From assembly GCA_965234725.1 (NCBI GenBank), contig CBDDUX010000040.1, positions 45,660 to 109,659 on the forward strand: 64,000 bases of DNA, in the 5' to 3' direction. The first letter of the stretch is position 1. Every line of letters begins with the position of its first letter. Made by a program: the position numbers and the translations under genes. The notes below the pieces were generated by a model. It ran no database searches. It was not told the DNA's origin and saw nothing but the letters and a program-made list of their open reading frames with translations. Below, piece after piece: positions 60,001 through 64,000 of the stretch. Source of the DNA: Thermoplasmatota archaeon. Its GTDB lineage: Archaea; Thermoplasmatota; Penumbrarchaeia; Penumbrarchaeales; Penumbrarchaeaceae.

Positions 60001-61072
60001 CGACATCTATGAGGTCTCTTCAAACCTTGGTGGGAAGGAGGGATGGTCCTTTAATGGGGAACTCCCGGAAGTCAGTATAGAATCGGATATTGTCAAGTCC
60101 TTCAGGGTAACATTCTCCAATACATTCCCGCTGTGTGGCAATTACACATTCCCAGTCACCGTTTCACCTGGTTCGGGTATCCCGGCCAGGACGATCTACC
60201 TGACCGTGGTGGTTCCTACAATTTTCAATTTCACCGCCTCCTCCATGATCGAGGAACCCAGGGCCCTTCCGGGAGAAGAGATCGGTGGTATCATATCAAT
60301 CTCCACAATATCGAACTGCAGGGATTCATACATCATCCAGCCGATCCTGGAAGATGGGTTTACTTGCACATTGGAGGAAGTGAACCTTACATTGGACGTG
60401 GAAGGGAGTCTCACTTTGAATTTCTCAGTGAGGTCATCAAAGGATGCTCTTGCAGGACCATATCCTCTGAGGTTCAAGATTATCTCCCAAGGATCCGGTT
60501 GGAGTAGTATTCTCACCGAGACCATTCATGTCGACGAGGTATATGGGATGACCCTGGAAGTGGTTTCCGGATTGACAGGGGAGTTGAAACCCGGGAGCTA
60601 TTATGAGATCATACTGAGATTGCTCAATACCGGAAATACGCCCGATAATGCCGATATCGACCTGAACTGCTCAGGTTACGTTCAAAAATGGGTAAGATTA
60701 GAGGGGTCGTATTTCGCATCGGTGGATCCTGGAGAGAACAGGACCGTCCGGATCGTTATCGTGATCCCAACCTGGAATGTGACGGAAGGTGAATACAATA
60801 TTTCCATCTGCATGTCATCGCTTGGAGAGGACGTGGATCTTGGTAATTATACATTGAAGGTCCTTGGGTCCAAAGATGAAAACGGTAATGGAAGCTTCGA
60901 TTGGACCATTGTCATTGTTGCGGGGATAGTTGCTTTCATCATTATCTTGACAGTAATCATCATGGGAGTGATGATCGCAAGAAGGAACGCCGCCATGGAT
61001 GTGGATGAGGCGGGACTAGAGTGGGAGTCCGACGATGATGATGAAGAGGATTGGGATGACTGGGAGGATTAG
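57068..61072 (+). CDS. Peptidase C25 (gingipain-like) with propeptide, NEW3/Ig repeats and TM anchor
   Basis: VLLVGD, SDLYFADL, PDVIIGRIP, SDHGG (His), DACLT (Cys), LLGDP. Confidence 0.9.
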   Translation: MRTISLIIALSMLISFSLPALSLISEDNSIAHGETRVWEMDLHFDDPIIHHYPEGISIEVQGLDNDQRPGALSLPRLTLDFQIPVDSDIVTFSLVDGEYENMDPEGAIQRNLPDVPSADLSLWDRVQVDIPVPVDHFEYDLGTGLDLDTRETMCKVSVGVYPCVPDDGGIRFLRSGKLKMEYIEPESDPIVGDVTYDLLVITPDEFADEMDLYSDYRNQTGIDTIVITLSDIIEDRIWNITGTDIAEEMKLFIMEARLNWSVDSVLLVGDVNVMPAREIMVLDGYDDGGNSDGRFLPSDLYFADLFEEGTTEFCTWNDRVDDYHVSLWGEYNGGNLDGVDLYPDVIIGRIPASSEAELDLMLEKLQQYELTAMGSEWFQNATVCGTNTFVSGAPHYDTSGINEGEYMSDIISSGPLSEFNSTKHYESLGNLNSIATTVDKGCGFFEMSDHGGYDGWGYAPGASVTNSLAYGLDNGFELPVVVLDACLTHGFDNDNATGSPESFDPVYGYSYYPPGSARSWMDCLGEQFHKAPNGGAVATFGCTRVGYGAYGTSYATRNSGYVNLHIHEAYADGYIKAGEMLAKALEDYIAGPGPSGSASFKTLTEFVLLGDPTLTVGGVNGANIEIASETIATGLLPNITKVIEFNMTNTGFLSSNVSINAVFDVGDTGSWIFEVIPGNVEIGSDQVIDGTLSITAPENAIMGTEKTIVIRVSSPLMSEPATLEIDVILERSFGLDVETDPGSASTVQAGTVGGHLNLTNRGNGPEEIELDFTGLPVDWELELGSEIVEMVPFEEERVPFRITLPPECIAGNYRIPITCSSILDPATASTNLTIKVDADHELDLEVISGRIDIGPGEEGAFIVNVKNLGNSDVSVDLGLGRTVLPGWNLSISEEIVTVPAFSNVNVTVNVGSPALVSPRTYQIYINATDGESSAQTNAVINITKLFSFEISCDEPEKVQDGTVATYFDIDIHNQGNIYDIYEVSSNLGGKEGWSFNGELPEVSIESDIVKSFRVTFSNTFPLCGNYTFPVTVSPGSGIPARTIYLTVVVPTIFNFTASSMIEEPRALPGEEIGGIISISTISNCRDSYIIQPILEDGFTCTLEEVNLTLDVEGSLTLNFSVRSSKDALAGPYPLRFKIISQGSGWSSILTETIHVDEVYGMTLEVVSGLTGELKPGSYYEIILRLLNTGNTPDNADIDLNCSGYVQKWVRLEGSYFASVDPGENRTVRIVIVIPTWNVTEGEYNISICMSSLGEDVDLGNYTLKVLGSKDENGNGSFDWTIVIVAGIVAFIIILTVIIMGVMIARRNAAMDVDEAGLEWESDDDDEEDWDDWED

Positions 61073-61155
61073 ATCTAACTTCCTCGAACAGATATAAACA
61101 TGGAACAATAAAGTTTAACTAACTGGTTGAATATTATTCTAACAAGGTAGTAAAA

Positions 61156-61383
61156 ATGATGACCAGACATGTTTTGAACAAAGGGCAGATAGTTATTCCT
61201 AAAGCTTTAAGAGATATCCTTGGAATAGATATCGGGGATGAAATGCAAATTGAACTTGAAAATAATAACATTATAATGAAAAAGAAAACAAATCCGGTAG
61301 ATGTTTTCAGAGAGGTTGCAAAATCAAGTCAAAAAAGAATCACAATGAAAGATATCAAAGAGGACCTGGAATCAAGATATTAA
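61156..61383 (+). CDS. AbrB/MazE-family antitoxin (VapB-like)
   Basis: KGQIVIPKALRDILGIDIGD. Confidence 0.92.
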   Translation: MMTRHVLNKGQIVIPKALRDILGIDIGDEMQIELENNNIIMKKKTNPVDVFREVAKSSQKRITMKDIKEDLESRY

Positions 61384-61384
61384 G

Positions 61385-61837
61385 GTGAATAATATGTACA
61401 TTGATTCAAATATCTTTATTTTTGCATCCACGGATCAAGATATACTTGGAGAGAGCTGTCAGAAAATCCTGGACATGATCGAATCAGGTGAAATTCAAGC
61501 TGCTTCATCATTATTGGTTTTAGATGAGGTCATATGGGTTTTAAAAAAGAATCTTGGAAGAGAGGTAGCAATAAAAATCTCGAAAGCTACATTATCCCTA
61601 CCTATAAAATGGATAGATGTTTCTAAATCAATTATGATCGAAACTATCGATTCATTTCAGAAATATAATCTGGATCCAAGGGATTGCCTCCATCTTGCTT
61701 CTATGAAGAATTCTGGCATTACAACAATTATTAGTGAAGATACTGATTTTGATAAGGTAAAATCCATAAAAAGAATTGATGCTGCAACTTTACTTGAATC
61801 ATATACAAGTGAAGAAGAATCATCAATTGAGGGATAG
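61385..61837 (+). CDS. vapC: PIN-domain toxin (VapC family)
   Basis: YIDSNIF, LDEV, DCLHLA, ISEDTDFD; 1 bp after the antitoxin. Confidence 0.92.
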   Translation: MNNMYIDSNIFIFASTDQDILGESCQKILDMIESGEIQAASSLLVLDEVIWVLKKNLGREVAIKISKATLSLPIKWIDVSKSIMIETIDSFQKYNLDPRDCLHLASMKNSGITTIISEDTDFDKVKSIKRIDAATLLESYTSEEESSIEG

Positions 61838-62086
61838 ATCAACTATCTTTTTTATTGTCCCAATATTCCTGCCTGTTGCAGGGACCTTCAACTTCCGTTC
61901 AATGAAATTGTTGGTGAGCTTGGTCCTGCCGAAACCATCCGGGCAGTGGAGATAGATCTCTGATCCTGAGATGCGGAATTCTTCATTTTGATTTCTGACC
62001 TTTTCCAGGTCCTCGATCGGTAAATGATCGGGTCGTTTTCCAAGAAAGGTAACAACTACCCTTTTAGGGTCCTTCTCCTTAGATCT
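61823..62086 (-). pseudogene. C-terminal half of a DUF1697-family gene
   Basis: VVTFL...EEFRISGSEIYLHCPDGFGRTKLTNNFIERKLKVPATGRNIGTIKKI; no start codon, TAG immediately upstream. Confidence 0.75.
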
Positions 62087-62543
62087 CTATCATCTTTCTT
62101 AAAAGCATCCAGAAGAGAATCATATATTTTTGATTCATCTCCCAATTTAGGGAGGACCTCAATAAATGAAAGCTGATGTGCAAAAAGGCAACTGAAAGCC
62201 ATGCCAGAAAGGTGTAATATTATTGCCAAACTCCTTGTTTTAAAACTTCATTTCTCAATGGTCATACCTACTTTGTATAACAGATCATTTAGCAGAAAAC
62301 TCAAATAGATAATTAATAGAGTTGATATCATAAATTATATCATATTAATATCATTTTATATGTCTTTCATTATTTTCTATGTCGTTACCTAAATTCGGAG
62401 AAGAGCCATATTTTTTAATGCTATTATTTTATAATCTTTGAGGCATTGGAGTTATTACCATCATATCATACACTGTAAAAATATTAATAATCTGAAGAGT
62501 ATAATCGTATGCTATAAATACTTGGTGAATCATTACATATTAT

Positions 62544-63854
62544 ATGATCGATGATGATGAACTTTTCAAGATCATCACTGACCAGAACGACTTTGACAGG
62601 ATCGATCCTGGAAAGTACCTTCATAGGGGATCTTATCTGGACAGATTGAAGAAGATGGTTATGGAAAAAGGTATAGTAATCATCCAAGGACCGAGGAGGA
62701 GCGGTAAAACAACATTGATGAAACTCCTGATCAAGGAGATGCTCGAAATGGATGAAATTGGACCAGACAGCATTCTCTATATCAATCTGGAGGATTTCAG
62801 GTTATCTTCAAGTTTAGAGATCGAACTGCTTCAAAAAATGATCAGGATCCATAGAGAGAGAAAGAAACCATCCGGAAAACTGATGGTGCTGATCGATGAG
62901 ATCCAGAATATCGATGGTTTTGAGAGATATCTGAGAACATCATATGATAGTGAGGAGGAAATTAAATTTGTGATAACCGGTTCAAATTCCAGTTTGCTAT
63001 CAAAGGAACTCGGAACATTGCTTACAGGAAGGACCAATACTTTGAACCTCTATCCTTTTTCTTTCAAAGAATTCATGACATTCAAAATTGGACTGGATTC
63101 CCTTAAAGGGAAGGGAAGAGACCCGATCATCATGAATGGATTCCTGAAATATCTGAAGATCGGGGGAATACCAGAGTTCCTGGATATGGAGGATCCATCA
63201 AACAGAGAAAGGGAGTACATAGATCAAATTCTGTACAGAGATATCATGGCCAGATACAACCTCAGGAACGAAAGACTCCTCCGTGAACTTACCCGTTTCT
63301 TGTTGACACATTCATCCTCAAGGATATCCATCTCTCAGCTCAGCAGGACCTTCGGTGTATCGAAGGATACGGTGATGGATTATCTCTCATATTTAGAGCA
63401 AGCATACATCATACACCATTTGAAGGAGTATAATCCATCTGCAAAGGAAATGATCAGAAGACCCTCGAAAATGTTCTCCCTTGATCCTGGATTGATAAAT
63501 TCATTAATGACGGGCGATCGAATAGATTCAGGAATGATACTGGAAAATGTGGTATTTTTACATTTGAGAATGTCAGGTTATGAAATATATTTCAATATCG
63601 ATCCTGTGAATGGTCTGGAATGTGATTTCCTGATCAAAGAGGGGCTCAAGATAGAGAAAGCCATTCAGGTTACAAGAGAGTTGGACGATCCGAAGACATT
63701 CAAGAGAGAGGTAAATGGACTAATTGCTGCTGCAAAGAGATATGGTTTGAAAGAAGGAATGCTTCTGAATATGAGAAAGGAAGGATCGGATGAGATAGAT
63801 GGCATCAGGATTATTTACAAGATTATCCCGGAGATGCTTTTAGAAATGCAATAG
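62544..63854 (+). CDS. AAA+ ATPase (AAA_14 + DUF4143-type)
   Basis: GPRRSGKTT, IDEIQ, TGSNS.LL...GT.LTGR, YPFSFKEF, GGIPE, LENVVF, ECDF. Confidence 0.9.
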   Translation: MIDDDELFKIITDQNDFDRIDPGKYLHRGSYLDRLKKMVMEKGIVIIQGPRRSGKTTLMKLLIKEMLEMDEIGPDSILYINLEDFRLSSSLEIELLQKMIRIHRERKKPSGKLMVLIDEIQNIDGFERYLRTSYDSEEEIKFVITGSNSSLLSKELGTLLTGRTNTLNLYPFSFKEFMTFKIGLDSLKGKGRDPIIMNGFLKYLKIGGIPEFLDMEDPSNREREYIDQILYRDIMARYNLRNERLLRELTRFLLTHSSSRISISQLSRTFGVSKDTVMDYLSYLEQAYIIHHLKEYNPSAKEMIRRPSKMFSLDPGLINSLMTGDRIDSGMILENVVFLHLRMSGYEIYFNIDPVNGLECDFLIKEGLKIEKAIQVTRELDDPKTFKREVNGLIAAAKRYGLKEGMLLNMRKEGSDEIDGIRIIYKIIPEMLLEMQ

Positions 63855-64000
63855 TCAGTTTGACCTTTCTTTTCTACCGCTATTGTCCCTTTGATTTAGG
63901 ATTAAAGGTTTTAATCCTGATGGATCTGTTTTCTCTTGTATATTCTAACCCGACTTTGACAGTTTAACCACTGATTTGACCACATTTTAATATTTGACAG

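Overview
Archaeal genomic window, most likely Thermoplasmatota. This is inferred from TBP, the rpl11-rpl1-rplP0-rpl12 operon, GGTGA/GGAGG Shine-Dalgarno motifs and many single-pass surface proteins. Core and metabolic genes include hcp with a divergent HxlR regulator, thioredoxin, carbamate kinase, a fused proline/sarcosine-dehydrogenase-like pair, NnrE/D, DUF72, an AmmeMemoRadiSam radical SAM enzyme, a THUMP/ThiI-like protein, TBP, FolD and a membrane pyrophosphatase. These are interleaved with seven large secreted or membrane-anchored proteins and AT-richer accessory patches (about 10.9-15.6 kb, 18.7-22.4 kb and 61.1-64 kb) holding toxin-antitoxin genes and gene remnants. Most notable: (1) a 2210-aa anchored protein combining Ca-binding repeats, a fascin-like trefoil, an internal pore-former-like hydrophobic helical block and an NHL-like propeller; (2) an adaptin/coatomer-appendage-like protein directly downstream of TBP; (3) a 4-kb cassette ending in a radical SAM/SPASM gene and bounded by a 45-bp duplication of the cupin gene 3' end; (4) a Fic/Doc gene with Gln at the catalytic His position, facing an unannotated 28-aa antitoxin-like ORF; (5) a Na+-type PPase with an extra exported N-terminal domain. 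No CRISPR array, tRNA, rRNA or transposase was recognised. All family assignments come from motif recognition by eye, not from database searches.
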